A stretch of 64,000 bases of DNA from Octopus vulgaris (lineage: Eukaryota), in the NCBI GenBank assembly GCA_951406725.2, contig OX597831.1, positions 24,118,001 to 24,182,000 on the forward strand. Direction: 5' to 3'. The notes below the pieces were generated by a model. The model worked only from the letters and a program-made list of their open reading frames with translations. It did not search any database and was not told the origin of the DNA. Each line of letters begins with the position of its first letter. The stretch's first letter is position 1. A program made the position numbers and the translations under genes. Positions 1-13,285 of the stretch are shown in pieces.

Positions 1-205
1 TGGGCAGTAAAGGAATAGGTATTTCGTCTGCCATTACATTCTGAGTTCAAATTCCGCCGAGGTTGACTTTGCCTTTCATCCTTTCGGAGTCAATAAATTA
101 AGTACCAGTTACGCACTGGTGTCGATGTAATCGCCTTAATCCCTTTGTCTGTCCTGATTTGTCCCCTCTATGTTTATCCCCTTGTGAGCAATAAAGAAAT
201 AAGAA
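1..205 (+). mobile_element. SINE family A, head-less tandem unit (array continues upstream of the window)
   Basis: The tail of a previous unit (TGGGCAGTAAAGGAATA) runs directly into GGTATTTCGTCTGCC, then a B-box-like GAGTTCAAATTCC, the GCCTTTCATCCTTTCGG core and an AAAGAAATAAGAA tail. It matches many other copies in the window. Confidence 0.85.
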
Positions 206-335
206 CATGGCTTAAGAGGTACTTAGATACAACTTTTAGCAGGTTGGGTTATTGTGTCAAAGCTCATCATTAGTTCATCAAGCAGAATGTAATTTTGTTG
301 TTGTTTCTTTTGCAGCCTCTTTAGGAAAGTCTTAA

Positions 336-643
336 CTCCTTACCCGGCAGAAACGAATATATGTGTTTTGACCGAAATCGTTTTTTTCTATCTCTGGTGA
401 GTTAACTCGTCAAAAGATAGACTCACCAAAATCGACAGCAAACGAGTTCCTTCGTCTAAAAACAGGTTAACTCGTTTCTGCCCAAAGCGGTAATTTAAAA
501 TCAATATTATTGAATTAAAATTCATAATAAATAAGGTTTGAAATATACCTCGAAATCACCATTCAAAACATAGTAAAATAAAACAATTAAAAAATATGTC
601 TGAAAAAATACATTTATTTTCAAAATAATTGTTGGGTAAGGGG
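336..643. mobile_element. piggyBac-like MITE (TTAA target duplication)
   Basis: TTAA at 332-335 and 644-647. Imperfect TIRs CTCCTTACCCGGCA / TGTTGGGTAAGGGG (11 of 14 match). Internal GTTAACTCGT repeats. No ORF. Confidence 0.7.
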
Positions 644-1203
644 TTAAGCTAATCTTTATGAATTCATTGTAATGTATTAAGGATTGCCAATGATACTTTA
701 GAGTCACAGTTTAGGTTTGCGAAAGCTTCCATAGAGGATGGTTACATTTTCACTTGACACTATGGAAGGCATGAACATCACAATTCAAATTACAAAATAC
801 GGGGTAATTTCCATCTAATCAAAATACAACCAAATATTTACTTTGAATTATTTTTGGCATTTTATTTCTTTCATTTCTATTTGTTCTTGATAAAAGGTAT
901 ATCAAACTGTTAGATTCTCTTCTGTTCTGGGCATAATTATTCCTATTGTACACATTTCTTTGTATACATTCTCTAAATAGAGTTGTTGTTTCATTTTATT
1001 ATATTTCTGTTTTTTTCCACTATCTGTATTTTATTTATTTGTCTCCTCCTTACCGCTTAATATTCTTCATTTTAGCTATGTTTTTTTTTATATATATCTA
1101 CACACACTCGTCCATACACACATACATACACACACACAAACATATACACGCGTCTCCAATTAAACACATACACCCACATATATCCAACAGAGTTTGTATG
1201 TTT

Positions 1204-1516
1204 CTCTCGTGGAAGCGCCATCCAACCAAAATGCAAATATATGAGAAACTACCACCTGTGTCATCTCTTGTGAAAGGTAGGAGAGTCCAGTTTGCTGGAC
1301 ATTGTTGTAGAGCTGAAAAAGAAGTAATTTCTACTCTTCTCCTCTGAAAGCCATCTACTCGCAATACCAGAGGGTGCACACTCTCCTACCCTGATGTAAT
1401 CTCCAGGGATACAGACATCCAGCAACAGGACCTCCGTAATGCCATAATGGACCGTGAAGTCTGGCGTAGCATGGTAAATTCCATTGTCTCGACCACAGTC
1501 GAACAATGATGATGAT
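1204..1516 (+). mobile_element. 5'-truncated RTE-type LINE 3' end
   Basis: Translates as LSWKRHPTKMQIYEKLPPVSSLVKGRRVQFAGHCCRAEKEVISTLLL*KPSTRNTRG...MDREVWRSMV, resembling the RTE ORF C-terminus (RR.F.GH..R and M.DR..WR motifs). One in-frame stop and a (TGA)n tail. Confidence 0.8.
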
Positions 1517-1692
1517 TGTATGTTTACATCTCTGTAAATTAGCAGTTCAGCAAAAGAGACTGATAGAACAAGTACCAACCTTAAAAAAAAAAGTGCTGGA
1601 GTCAATTCTTTCAACCAAAAATTCTTCAAGGAGATGCCCCAGCATGGTCAGAGTCTCATGACTGAAACAAATTGAAGATAACGATAAAAGAA
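1517..1692 (+). mobile_element. SINE family B, 3' fragment (diverged)
   Basis: TTAGCAGTTCAGCAAAAGAGACTGATAGAA...CCAGCATGG...TGACTGAAACAA matches the family B 3' half. Confidence 0.7.
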
Positions 1693-2469
1693 ACACACAC
1701 ACGTGCGCATGCACACATCCCACACACATACAGAAATAAACAGATAGGTAGGTATGCACATAACTATATACACCTGTCTACCTGTTCGTGATTATCTATC
1801 CCTGCATACCAATCAAACCCGTCCCACTCCACCTAGTCTGTTAAAGAACCATATGCTATTCATTAAATATTTCTTCCTGTGTCTCCTCTGCTCTCCTTCA
1901 AACAAACCACACACACATTTCATTCAGACACATATACCAAAAGAGATGACTTTACCACCACCACGCTACTGCTGGTCTCCTTACACCATTCATTCTCATC
2001 CATTGCAGTCATTATGTCTAATCATCTTGGTTCACTTTTAGTAGCATCTTTCTGAATTAGTTTAATTTATGAGAATCTACTTAAAGCTTTAAACTGGCTA
2101 GACTAACTGAACTCACTTGTAGCATCCTTGATAACTCTAAGAATAGACTATCCATATTAACTGTCACCACAACAACTAATCACTGCCAATTGACCAAAGT
2201 TCTATTGCTATTAGTTCTGGCGCTCGCCATTATTCACAAGCCATTGTTCATGAACAATAAGGTAGATGTTAAAGAAGTACAGTATCTGAAATGATTTCCC
2301 CATTGAAAGCTGTCGTCATGTTATGTGGAACACTCCGTGATTTCCAAAATAATAAGACACCTTGCAAAAGTCTTTGCCTGATTCATATTTACAACCAGCC
2401 AACCAACCAAATAATATAATTATAAGATTTTATTTTATTTGTTATTTTCATGAAGTGTTCTTTATTTTT

Positions 2470-3043
2470 TTTATTCTTTTACTTCTTTCGGTCATTTGAT
2501 TGTGGTCATGCCTTTAGTCGAGCAAATCGACCCCCAGGACTTATTCTTTGTAAACTTAGTACTTATTCTGTCAGTCTCTTTGGCCGAACTGCTAAGTTAC
2601 GGGGACGTAAATACACCAGCATTGGTTGTCAAGTGATGTTGGGGGGACAAACACAGACACACAGACACACACATATATATATACATATACATATATATAT
2701 ATTTCTTTACTACCCACAAGGGGCTAAACACAGAGAGGACAAACAAGGACAGACAAACGGATTAAGTCGATTATATCGACCCCAGTGTGCAACTGGTACT
2801 TAATTTATCGACCCCGAAAGGATGAAAGGCAAAGTCGACCTCGGCGGAATTTGAACTCAGAACATAATGGCAGACGAAATACGGCCACGCATTTCGCCCG
2901 GCGTGCTAACGTTTCTGCCATATATATATGTCCAGGATAGGACTACACAGCCGCAGCAGGAAATATATCAGGACATGAAATGTAAAAGCCGGACTAGACT
3001 ATTTTATGCGCAACTCCATTGTCTCCCGAGACAAAAAGGATGC

Positions 3044-3117
<74 letters not shown>

Positions 3118-3575
3118 AAATATAAATGGAGCAAAAATACTGGAGAATCAGTTTACTCTACATGGCAAAATTACATGTTGAAAATATGTGGAAAACATAT
3201 GTAAAAAGTAGAAGAAAAATGCTTTCGTTTCACATATTTTAATATCGTTTCACAAAGAAATTTTTTTTATATATATACATATTTTATGGATGTCATGATG
3301 CCCAGCTGGTTTTTGCTATATAAATTAGCTTTTCAAGGGACATTGTGAAGTAATCACTTCTTGTGACGAAGGAGTCTCACCAATTTGGATACTTGAAAAA
3401 GAAAAGAAAGACGGGCTCCTTTCAGTTTCCCGTCTACCAAATCCACTCACGAGGTTTTAGTCAGCCTGATACTATAGTAGAAAACACTTGCCCAAGGTGC
3501 CATGCAGCGGGGCTGAACCCAGAACCATGTGGTTGGTTAGCAAGCTACTTACCACAACAGCCACTCCTGTGCCTA
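2470..3575 (-). mobile_element. SINE family B split at its internal microsatellite; contains a SINE A copy (2700-2920, minus) and other inserts
   Basis: B tail half at 2470-2700 and B head half at 3410-3575. A SINE A and (TA)n-flanked unassigned sequence lie between them. Confidence 0.75.
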
Positions 3576-3828
3576 TGAGTATGTTGGTAGATGTTGTTTT
3601 AGTCCCAGGTCGGCTGTGTTTAAGAAGATCTAAATCAAAAAGCCTTCCAGCATGACTCTCCTGTTTAATTTTGTGTGTCTAGGACATTATGTGTGATTTG
3701 AGAGAGATTTGGCTGTTATCTCTCACTAGATAATCACTCACATAACGTTTCTCTCACATGTTTGAATTATTGGTGGCACACTCTAGAGTTGTATTTAGTG
3801 TTAAAAGTGCTTGTTGTTGCTGTTGTTG

Positions 3829-4324
3829 TTGTTCTTCTTCTTCTTCCAATCATGACTCACACCATTAGTCATAAAGAATAATCTTTAATTCGAGCCTAGT
3901 CTAAGCTACTAAGAATGCATGCGGCAACTTGAAGATCCACCCACCACATGTGATAGACAGGTGGTTGCATGGGCGCAAAAGCTACGTTGTTATACTCATT
4001 CTGTAAACGGTGGCTTTTAACAGGTTGAGAGCTGAACCATCCTGGGGTACAGAGTATTCGCAATCTAGACTAGGGTCTGAAAGTTTACTACACCATAGTG
4101 GGTTACACCATGGTTCCTCTGCTTTGTGGCAGAAACAGGAAGAAAGAGTTAGAGAAAGTTGTGGTGAAAGAGTACAGCGGGGTTCATCCCCACTCCCGCC
4201 AGAGCCTTGTGGAGCTTAGGTGTTTTTGCTCAACAAACACTCACAATGTCCGGTCTGGGAATCGAAACCGCGTTCTTACGACCATGAGTCCGCTGCCCTA
4301 ACCACTGGGCCATTGTGCCTCCAC
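3829..4324 (-). mobile_element. SINE family C (tRNA-like head) with long tail type 3
   Basis: Reverse strand starts GTGGAGGCACAATGGCCCAGTGGTTAGGGCAGCGGAC (A box) and has GGTTTCGATTCCC (B box). TSD TGCTGTTGTTG at 3818-3828 and 4325-4335. Confidence 0.8.
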
Positions 4325-4649
4325 TGCTGTTGTTGCTATTTTGGTGGTGGTGATACTGGTGCTTATAATAATGAGGGAAGATGGAGATGGTAATGATGAC
4401 GATGATGCTGACAATTAGGGTGGAATTTATCAAGCAGAGAGGATAAGATTCATGATTAAAATGAGGATGATGATGATGATGATGATGGTAATGATGGCAT
4501 TAAAAAATACCTTTATTTCTTTACATGTCAATGATGGCAACAAAAGAAAAACAAAAATTCAGGTTTCCATGACAAAACCCTCTAAATTGCTTACACATGA
4601 TAGGAAATGAATTTTGAAATATAGACTATCACTCAATGTTCTGGATTTT

Positions 4650-5150
4650 GCACACACACACACACTCACACACACAGGCACACACATATGTGAGCATGCA
4701 CATACACACACACATGCGAGCATGTATGCACACATACACCCACACATACGTACATGTGTATGTATGTGTGTGTTATTTAGATATGTAAGTATATATATAG
4801 ACACACACACACACATATATATACACAGCTTTTATTACACACACACACACATACACACATATATGTATATACAGCTTTTATTGTACACACACACACATTT
4901 ATGTATATACAGCTTTTATTATACACACACACAAACACATATACAGCTTTTATTACACACACACACTCACACACACAGGCACACACACATGCGAGCATGC
5001 ATGCATGCATACACCCACACATACATACATGTGTATGTATGTGTGTGTTATTTAGATATGTAAGTATATATATAAACACACACACACATATATGTATATA
5101 CAGCTTTTTATACACACACACACACACACACTAACACGCACACACATGCT
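4650..5150. repeat. (CA)n-rich compound repeat with ~300-bp internal duplication
   Basis: The block GTGTTATTTAGATATGTAAGTATATATA occurs twice, and CAGCTTTT(A/T) recurs five times between CA runs. Confidence 0.8.
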
Positions 5151-5768
5151 CTTATACACACTGTAGTACACCCAATCCATAATTGGTTGTTTTTCTCTCA
5201 TGTCTCCTACCAGCCTTGTTTACCATTTCCTTCATTCACAGACGTTTACTTTCAGGGAATCAACGATTCTTCCAATACTTCCATTTATTTGTTTGGAATA
5301 TACTTCTTTTCATTCTTTGCCTTTATTCTATCCATTCTGTTGTTCTCCTTTTCTTCCCCCTCTTTCTCCTCCTCCTTCTCCTCATCATTATTTTCATCAT
5401 TGTTGCTTTGCTTATGACCAGCCCAGTTCTGTCTGACTAATGATCACAGACATCCCACACTCAGCTGTGACGTCCTGTCTTATTTTATGACATATCTTAG
5501 TCTACTTACGGTATTTGTGACTTATATGAGGAAAATTTGACTGCTGTCTCTCATAGACCAAAAAAATCATACAAAGTAATGTCTAGGAACCAATTTAGTC
5601 CCAATAGGGAATACCAAGCACTCAAGAAATTGCTGCAGGTATATTGTAGAAAGAAAAATAAGAAAATTCATAGATATGTACCTCACATTAGTGCTTTCAT
5701 CTTAAAGCTTAAAGTTCTTATTTTTTCTTCAGGCATGACTGTAGTGGTATGAACTTTACTTTCCAAGT

Positions 5769-6160
5769 GTGGAGGCGCAATGGCCCAGTGGTTAGGGCAG
5801 CGGACTCGCGGTCGGAGGATCGCGGTTTCGATTCCCAGACTGGGCGTTGTGTGTGTTTATTGAGCGTAAACACCTAAAAGCTCCACAAGGCTCCGGCAGG
5901 GGATGGTGGTGATCCCTGCTGTACTCTTTCACCACAACTTTCTCTCACTCTTACTTCCTGTTTCTGTTGTACCTGTATTTCAAGGGGCCGGCCTTGTCAC
6001 TCTCTGTGTCATGCTGAATATCTCCCGAGAACTACGTTAAGGGTGCATGTGTCTGTGGAGTGCTCAGCCACTTACACGTTAATTTCACGAGCAGGCTGTT
6101 CCATTGATTCGGATCAACCGGAACCCTCATCGTCGTAACCGACGGAGTGCTTCCAAATCC
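5769..6160 (+). mobile_element. SINE family C, full length, tail type 1
   Basis: tRNA-like head GGAGGCGCAATGGCCCAGTGGTTAGGGCAGCGGACTCGCGG...GGTTTCGATTCCC. 11-bp TSD ACTTTCCAAGT at 5758-5768 and 6161-6171. Inserted into the head of an older SINE B (about 5731-6735). Confidence 0.9.
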
Positions 6161-6285
6161 ACTTTCCAAGTACATTGTTTTTGGTCCAGCCCCACTGTGT
6201 GGCACCTTGGGCACATGTCTTCTACTGCAGCTTCAAACAGACCAAAACCTTGTGAGTGAACTTAGTAGACAGAAATTGAAAGAAG

Positions 6286-6593
6286 GTGGCGAGCTGGCAG
6301 AAACGTTAGTGCATGGCTTAGTAGTTAGGGTGTTGGTCTCATGAACATAAGATTGTGGTTTCAATGCGGTGAGCTGGCAGAAACGTTAGCACGCCAGCCG
6401 AAATGCTTTGCGGTATTTCGTCTCCCACTACGTTCTGAGTTCAAATTGTGCCATGGTCAACTTTGCCTTTCGTCCTTTCGGAGTCAATTAAATAAGTACC
6501 AGTTATGCACAGGGGTCGATATAATCGACTTAATCCGTTTGTCTGTCCTTGTTTGTCCCCTCTGTGTAGCCCCTTGTGGGCAGTAAATAAATA
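6286..6593 (+). mobile_element. Chimeric SINE insertion: A-head fragment + C-type head + full SINE A
   Basis: All three parts lie inside one 15-bp TSD AGAAA(T/C)TGAAAGAAG (6271-6285, 6594-6608). Confidence 0.8.
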
Positions 6594-6761
6594 AGAAACT
6601 GAAAGAAGCCCTGTGTGCATATGTGAGTGTGTGTTTGTCCCCACCACTGCTTCACAACCAGTGGTAGTGTGTTTATGTACCTGTAACTTAGCAGTTTGGC
6701 AAAAGAGACCAATAGAATAAGTACCAGGCTTAATAATATATAAAAATAGATGTAATTCATT

Positions 6762-7009
6762 TCACTCTTTCATGTGTTTCAATCCATTGAACATGCTGGA
6801 ACACTGCCTTTCCATTAAAGAAATCGATCCCTAGACTTATACTTTGTAAGCCTGGTGCTTATTCTATCAGTCTCTTCTGCTGAGCAGCTAAGTTATGGGA
6901 ACGTAAACACACCAACAACAGTTGTCAAGCGATGGAGTTGGGGGGACAAACACAGACACAAACACACACATAAATATATACAATCATTCATATATATATA
7001 TATATACAC

Positions 7010-7054
<45 letters not shown>

Positions 7055-7205
7055 ACAAGCTTCTTTCAGTTTCTGTCTACGAAATCAACTCACAAGGCTC
7101 TGTTCGGCCCGAGGCTATAGTAGAAGACACTTGCCCAAAATACCATGCAGTGGGACTGAACCCGGAACCATGTGGTTGGGAAGCAAGCTACTTACCACAC
7201 AGCTG
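6762..7205 (-). mobile_element. SINE family B with internal (CA)/(TA) microsatellite
   Basis: Reverse-strand head GCTGTGTGGTAAGTAGCTTGCTTCCCAACCACATGGTTCCGGGTTCAGTCCC, followed by the conserved body and tail. Confidence 0.85.
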
Positions 7206-7629
7206 TGTCATGCTCCAGCATGGCCACAGTAAACAATAATAATAATGATAAATATAAGGAGTAACAGATAAAAGATTTTAAAAAATGGGGTTTTTGAGAG
7301 CTGTATTAGAAGGCAGTTTCAGACTTGTAAGCACCAGATTATTGGTCCCTCGACACAAGTGAAGGGACTACCTTGTTTGTTCTGGTTCCTTTGTTGAGGC
7401 CGCTTTACATTCTTATTATTGGTGGATACAGCTCTTCTTGTAGTGTCATAGGGGTTTTGCAGTTATATGGATGAAACAAAGAGGAATGGATTACACACAT
7501 ATACATTAATACATATATGCTCACATACATCTTTAAATACATTCCTCACCACATGGAGATACATACTTCACGGATTCCCACACACGTGTACACATGATAT
7601 AATATACTCTTTCAAACACACGTCAATAC

Positions 7630-8027
7630 ACATCAATACATGCACATACGTACATACATACATACATATATATATATATATATGTATGTACATACACATA
7701 TATACACATATATATATATATACACACACATATATACATATATATATACATACATGTGTATATATACACATATACATACATATGAGTGTGTGTATATATA
7801 TATATAAAATATGTATATATATATACATATATGCATACATACATATATATATGTGAGTATATATATATATAAATATATATATATATACACATATACATAC
7901 ATAAGAGTGTGTGTATATATATATATATGTATATATGTATATATCATCATCATCGTAAAACGGACGCTAGACAATGATGATGATGATGATCATATATACA
8001 TATATACAGACATATATATATATGTGA

Positions 8028-8090
<63 letters not shown>

Positions 8091-8215
8091 TAAATATATA
8101 TGTATATATAAATATATATAAATATATATACACACACACACTCACAAGCGCATACACACACACACTCACAAGCGGCATACATACACATATGCACACACAT
8201 GCACATACACCTACC
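7630..8215. repeat. (TA)n/(CA)n/(TACA)n compound microsatellite
   Basis: Direct reading. The Y/I/H/T-rich ORFs here are repeat translations. Confidence 0.95.
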
Positions 8216-8461
8216 TAATTCAAAACCAAACATGGAGAGTCGGTATCATATTCGGTTATCAAACTTCTACACTAGGTATAATTTTTACTGCTTTTAAACT
8301 GTTATTTATCGGAAATAGAATTGGAATAAATTGGTATTTCTGGAATCATTTCCCGTTTCCATATAAAAGTTTACCAAAATCCAGCGCTGCATTGCAGTAT
8401 TGTTGTGGCTTTTTTTTGTTTTTACTTTTATTTGTATTCGCGTAGACAATATTGATACGTA

Positions 8462-8659
8462 GATGATGATGGTGGTGGTGGTGTTGGTCGTGGTAATGTT
8501 AGTAGTGATGATCCTAGTGGTAGCAGTAATGATGACGATGATGATGATGATGATGACGATGATGATGACGACGATGGCGTTGTTGTTGTTGGTGGTGGTG
8601 GTGATGTCGGTGGTGCTAATGTTGATGCCGGAGATAATGTTGATTTGTTGATTGTGATG

Positions 8660-8694
<35 letters not shown>

Positions 8695-8972
8695 AATGGT
8701 GGTGGTGGTGGTGGTGGTGATGATGATGATGATGATGATAATCATGATGATGATCATGATGATGGTGGTGGTAGTGGTGATGATGATGATGATGATGATG
8801 GTAGTGGTGGTGATGATGCTGATGATGCTGATGGTGATGTTGGTGGTGATGGTGGTGGTGATGATGATGATGGTGCTGGTGATGGTGTTGGTGGTGGTAA
8901 TGCTGCTGCTGCTGATTATGATGATGGTGGTGGTGGTAGTGATGGTGGTGATGGTGATGATGGTGATGATGG

Positions 8973-9010
<38 letters not shown>

Positions 9011-9230
9011 ATAATGTTGATGTTCACAGAGGTAAATGTGGTGATTGTGATGAGCAAGATGCTGGCTATGCGTGTTATTTGTGATTGCAGCGATGGGAAA
9101 GAACTCAGACATTGATTATAACAATGGTGGTGGTGGTAGTGGTGGTAGTGATGATGGTGATGATGATGCTGATGATAGTGCTCGTTGTGGTTGAGGCTGT
9201 GGTCACAGCAGTGATGATAATGATAATAAT
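8462..9230. repeat. (GAT)n/(GGT)n trinucleotide low-complexity tract
   Basis: Direct reading. Source of the poly-His, poly-Asp and poly-Met ORFs. Confidence 0.95.
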
Positions 9231-9433
9231 TGTATTTATCTAAAGCCAAAAAAGAAAAAAGTCTTAACAATAGTGTCTTGGAGAAGATCACATGTTCTGG
9301 CATCCACTTTGCAGACAAACACTGTTATATGATGCAGCATCTTTCTTTATAACATCAGTGCAATATTTCCTTTAACTTGATGCAGGTTTGTGTGCATCCA
9401 TCTGCATGTGCACTTATTCATGCAGTCTGCATA

Positions 9434-10192
9434 CAATACACCTGATGTCTAACATTGCCATCACAATCCGTTCTCTAATAAGTTCGTTAACATCTAAAAT
9501 TACTATTTCAGAATATTAGTTTCAAATTTTTAGCACAAGGCCAGCAATTTGGGGGCGGGGGGGGAAGGTAAGTCAATTACATCGATCTTAGTACTCAATT
9601 GGTACTTTATTTTATTGATCCCGAAAGGAAGAACGACAAAGTCAACCGTTGCAGAATTTGAACCCAAAACACAATACACCTGATGTCTAACATTGCTATC
9701 ACAATCCGTTCTCTAATAAGTTCGTTAACATCTAGAATGCTATTTCAGAATATTAGTTTCAAATTTTTAGCACAAGACCAGCAATTTTTTTGGGGGGTGG
9801 GAGAGGTAAGTCAATTACATCGATCTCAGTACTCAATTGGTACTTTATTTTATTGATCCCGAAAGGAAGAACGACAAAGTCAACCTTTGCAGAATTTGAA
9901 CCCAAAACATAAATACAGATGAAAAGCCCCTAAACATTTTACCCAGTATGCTAATGAATCTGCCATATTGCCACCTTACATGATGTGCTTGGTTTCAAAT
10001 TTTTAGCATGAGGCCAGCAATTTTGGGGGAGAGCTAAGTCAATAACATCGATCTTAGTACTCAATTGGTACTTTATTTTATCGACCCTGAAAGGAAGAAC
10101 GACAAAGTCAACTTTTGTCAGAATTTGAACCCAAAACATAAATACAGACGAAATGCCAACAAACATTTTACCCAGTATGCTAATGAATCTGC
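9434..10192 (-). repeat. ~238-bp tandem duplication including an older SINE A variant, plus a third SINE copy
   Basis: CAATACACCTGATGTCTAACATTGC starts at 9434 and again at 9672. SINE A-variant bodies lie at about 9518-9670, 9756-9977 and 9991-10192. Confidence 0.85.
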
Positions 10193-10822
10193 ACACACTT
10201 GAGAGAGAATCACCATGTTAATACTACACATATATACACTAGTGATGTCATCACCAAGGCAACACTACATGCACACACACACACACGCACACACACACAC
10301 ACACAATAGAGATAATCACCATGACAACACTACACACAACACACGCTAGAGATAATTACCACAAAACTTCTTGTGTATCACATGAAATGCCCATCTGGTT
10401 TGTTATATCAAATGTACATCTGATAAATTACATATTCATTATACGGTTGATAGAAATTCTGCACAGAGGTGTTAGACATATTAATTAGTATTCATCATGT
10501 ATATCTTACTTACCTCATCTAATGTAATCAAATTTCATAATTAAGATTTATCGTAACGTTATCTGTCATTGATTAGTAATTTCTAAATAATTTCTGACCT
10601 TTGTTACACTTGTTTGGGTACAGAGATAGATAAATGCAGGTGTATGGATTATGTAATTTTAATGAGTTAATTCTCAGAGTTGGCAGTAGATATTAATAAA
10701 GTTGATTATCTACAAAGAATGTTATCGTTGTAACACAATATGGAAAATGTATTTTGGTTATGCCCCAGCATGGCCACTGCCCAGTGATTAAAACAAGTAC
10801 GGTACAACAAACGTACTTTTAA

Positions 10823-11011
10823 CTCTATCTAGAAATCTATCTTTCTCTCTTATTTTGAATTAATCATACATAGCTTCAAGATTTTGATTAGGTAACTGTT
10901 GATTGTTAGAATGATATTGCAAGGTTAGTAGGAAAGGTCAGATCTGGCCAGTCTAAGCATAAACCAGGTAGAACATTTTGACCAGATATGGCTGGCTTAA
11001 TTACTAAAGGG
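10823..11011. mobile_element. piggyBac-like MITE family E (degraded)
   Basis: Ends ACTAAAGGG-TTAA. Body matches the copies at 11860, 23926 and 34702. Confidence 0.65.
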
Positions 11012-11510
11012 TTAAATGTCTCTCTGCAAAACTTTTTCCTCTTTGCTTTAAACTTATTCCTATCTGCAATACTCACAATTGCCAAAGTGAAAAATCTAGA
11101 CATTTATTTTCTATTGCTCCACAAGAATAGCCTTTCTCTCTTTGATAATAATTATATGGCTTCCAAGAAAAGAAAACAAAGAAAAAATACAGGAGTTAAA
11201 TCCATATTTCTTATCTGTTTAGTATGTAAATACTGTGGCTTTGTTAACTTCAAAAATATAAGTTTGAAATAAATGCAGTTTACCTTCGAAATCGTGTGGT
11301 AGTTTTTCAGGAATGTCTTCGTTTTCTCTCATAGATTAAGATCGATTTACTGTATAAAACAAAAGAACTTAGTAGTCAGCATTCTCACCTGCATTATTAA
11401 CCACTACTCCTCTGATCAGTGACTCTCTGTAACAATACTTTCTTCAACTCAGGATACAGAGCCTGTCCAACCTCAAAATGCTTCTTTTGTCTTTGGTATT
11501 TCTCATAAAA

Positions 11511-11742
11511 AGGCGGCGAACTGGCAGAAACGTTAGCACGCCGGGCGAAATGCTTAGCGGTATTTCGTCTGTCTTTACATTCTGAGTTCAAATTTTACTG
11601 AGGTCAACGTTGCCTTTCATCCTTTCAGGGTCGATTGAATAAGTACCAGTTATGCACTGGGGTAGATATAATCGACTTAATCTGTTTGTCTGTCCTTGCT
11701 TGTCCCCTCTGTGTGTAGCCCCTTGTGGGCAGTAAAGAAATA
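11511..11742 (+). mobile_element. SINE family A, full length
   Basis: Head GGCGGCGAACTGGCAGAAACGTTAGC and B box GAGTTCAAAT. TSD G(G/A)TATTTCTCATAAA on both sides. Confidence 0.9.
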
Positions 11743-11859
11743 GATATTTCTCATAAAGATAATTTTTGTTTGCTTCAGTCTCTCAGGACTTTCTCAGAGA
11801 CAGAAAATTCCCCCTCAGCTGCTCTATTACAATTAACTTCTGCGAATTCCAAAGCTTTA

Positions 11860-12403
11860 CCCTATAGCATTCACATTAACCGAATCTAGTCCAAATATTC
11901 TATTGGTTTTTGTGTTCAAACTGGCCGGATCTGGCCTCTCATATTTACTCTGAAATATCATCCTAAAAATAAACAATCACTTCAAAATTTCAAAGTGTCG
12001 AGATAATGCATGATTAATTCAAAACAATATGAACAAATAAGCATTTCATTTGACAGACTGTAGCAGTGCCCTTTACACAGTATGCAGCTGTGGGATTTTC
12101 TGTCTCCCATAGCCTTTTCCCACCCAAAGAGTAACCCACAAGGCAGCAGAGACAGATGCAGGTCGTACAGTCTAGTACTACACTATAGCAGAGACTTTAC
12201 TCTACTCAGCATTGGATTTTTCTGTCTTCGTTTACATCCATAGCTTGATGGCTGTTGATGGCTCTCACAAACTTTGAAGCTCTTTTGATGAATCATGTTT
12301 TACATCCATCAGGGTATCTAGTCATCCACCTCACCAGCTCTGGTTGGGAACAGGTAGGAGCGCCAGTTTAGTCACCAGCAATTCAACCCTGAGTGCTAAA
12401 GAG
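11860..12403 (-). mobile_element. piggyBac-like MITE family E interrupted by a ~330-bp insert (about 12058-12387)
   Basis: Ends are TTTA-CCCTATAGCATT and GTGCTAAAGAG-TTAA. The reverse-complement E body stops at 12057 and resumes at about 12388. Confidence 0.65.
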
Positions 12404-12872
12404 TTAAAGTTTAAAAGCTGCAATGTATGATGAACGTTTTCCCTACACTAGAGATTGTGGCTATTATAACAATGTTTAAACATTGAACACATTTTATCAT
12501 TCTACAACCATTTCGGTAATAAGTTTACAACCTGATAAACAAGCTCCAATAATGACATTTTTTCTCATCATTTGTTTTTTTTTTCCATGTTTGCTTATTT
12601 CTTTAGACCATTTTTTTTTCAAATTTTGCTGTAAACCCCCCCCCCCCCCCATTGTTATGCTTGTCAATTGTCTCAGTCTCAATAATCACTATCCAATTTC
12701 CATAGACATATCATCAAGCTTCCTTTTATTTTTATTATTTTATTTTTGTGTGTGTTTGAAAACCAGACTGTTTCTTCCAAATTTAACCCCTCTAACCATC
12801 ATTTCTGTTAATTATCTCTGTTTTACTCATTAGTTACATTTTATCAATTTAGTCTCTAAAAATTCTTTTAAC

Positions 12873-13285
12873 AGGAGTGGCTGTGTAGTAAGTAGCTTGC
12901 TTACCAACCACATGGTTCCAGGTTCAGTCCCACTCCATGGCACCTTGGGCAAGTGTCTTCTATTATAGCCTTGGGCCGACCAAAGCCTTGTGAGTGAATT
13001 TGGTAGACGGAAACTGAAAGAAGCCCGTCGTATATATATATATGTATATGTATATATGTGTGTGTGTGTGTGTGTGTTTGTGTGTCTGTGTTTGTCCCCC
13101 CAACATCGCTTGTCAAACGATGCTGGTTTGTTTACGTCCCCGTAATTTAGCAGTTTCGGCAAAAAGAGACCGATAGAAAAAGTACTGGGCTTACAAAGAA
13201 TAAGTCCTGGGGTCGATTTACTCAACTAAATGCAGTGCTCCAGCATGGCCACAGCCAAATGACTGAAACAAGTAAAAGAGTAAAA
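12873..13285 (+). mobile_element. SINE family B, full length
   Basis: CAGGAGTGGCTGTGTAGTAAGTAGCTTGC head, GGTTCAGTCCC B-box-like motif, internal (TA)(TG) microsatellite, and ACAAGTAAAAGAGTAAAA tail. Confidence 0.9.

Noticed and set aside
5769-5845. tRNA gene
   Set aside because: A and B boxes are present, but there is no proper acceptor stem. It continues into a SINE body with TSDs and has many diverged copies.
7297-7435. Possible MITE with 10-bp inverted ends AGAGCTGTAT/ATACAGCTCT
   Set aside because: Short match, no TSD, and no second copy in the window.
8306-9318. Long poly-His / poly-Ile / poly-Asp-Gly ORFs
   Set aside because: They are translations of a (GAT)/(GGT) tract that is open in several frames on both strands. 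No domain or splice support.
10505-10620. Minus-strand splice donor GAG|GTAAGT (and plus-strand ATG|GTAAGT at 31801)
   Set aside because: All three upstream frames hit stops before a plausible acceptor. No coding exon is supportable.
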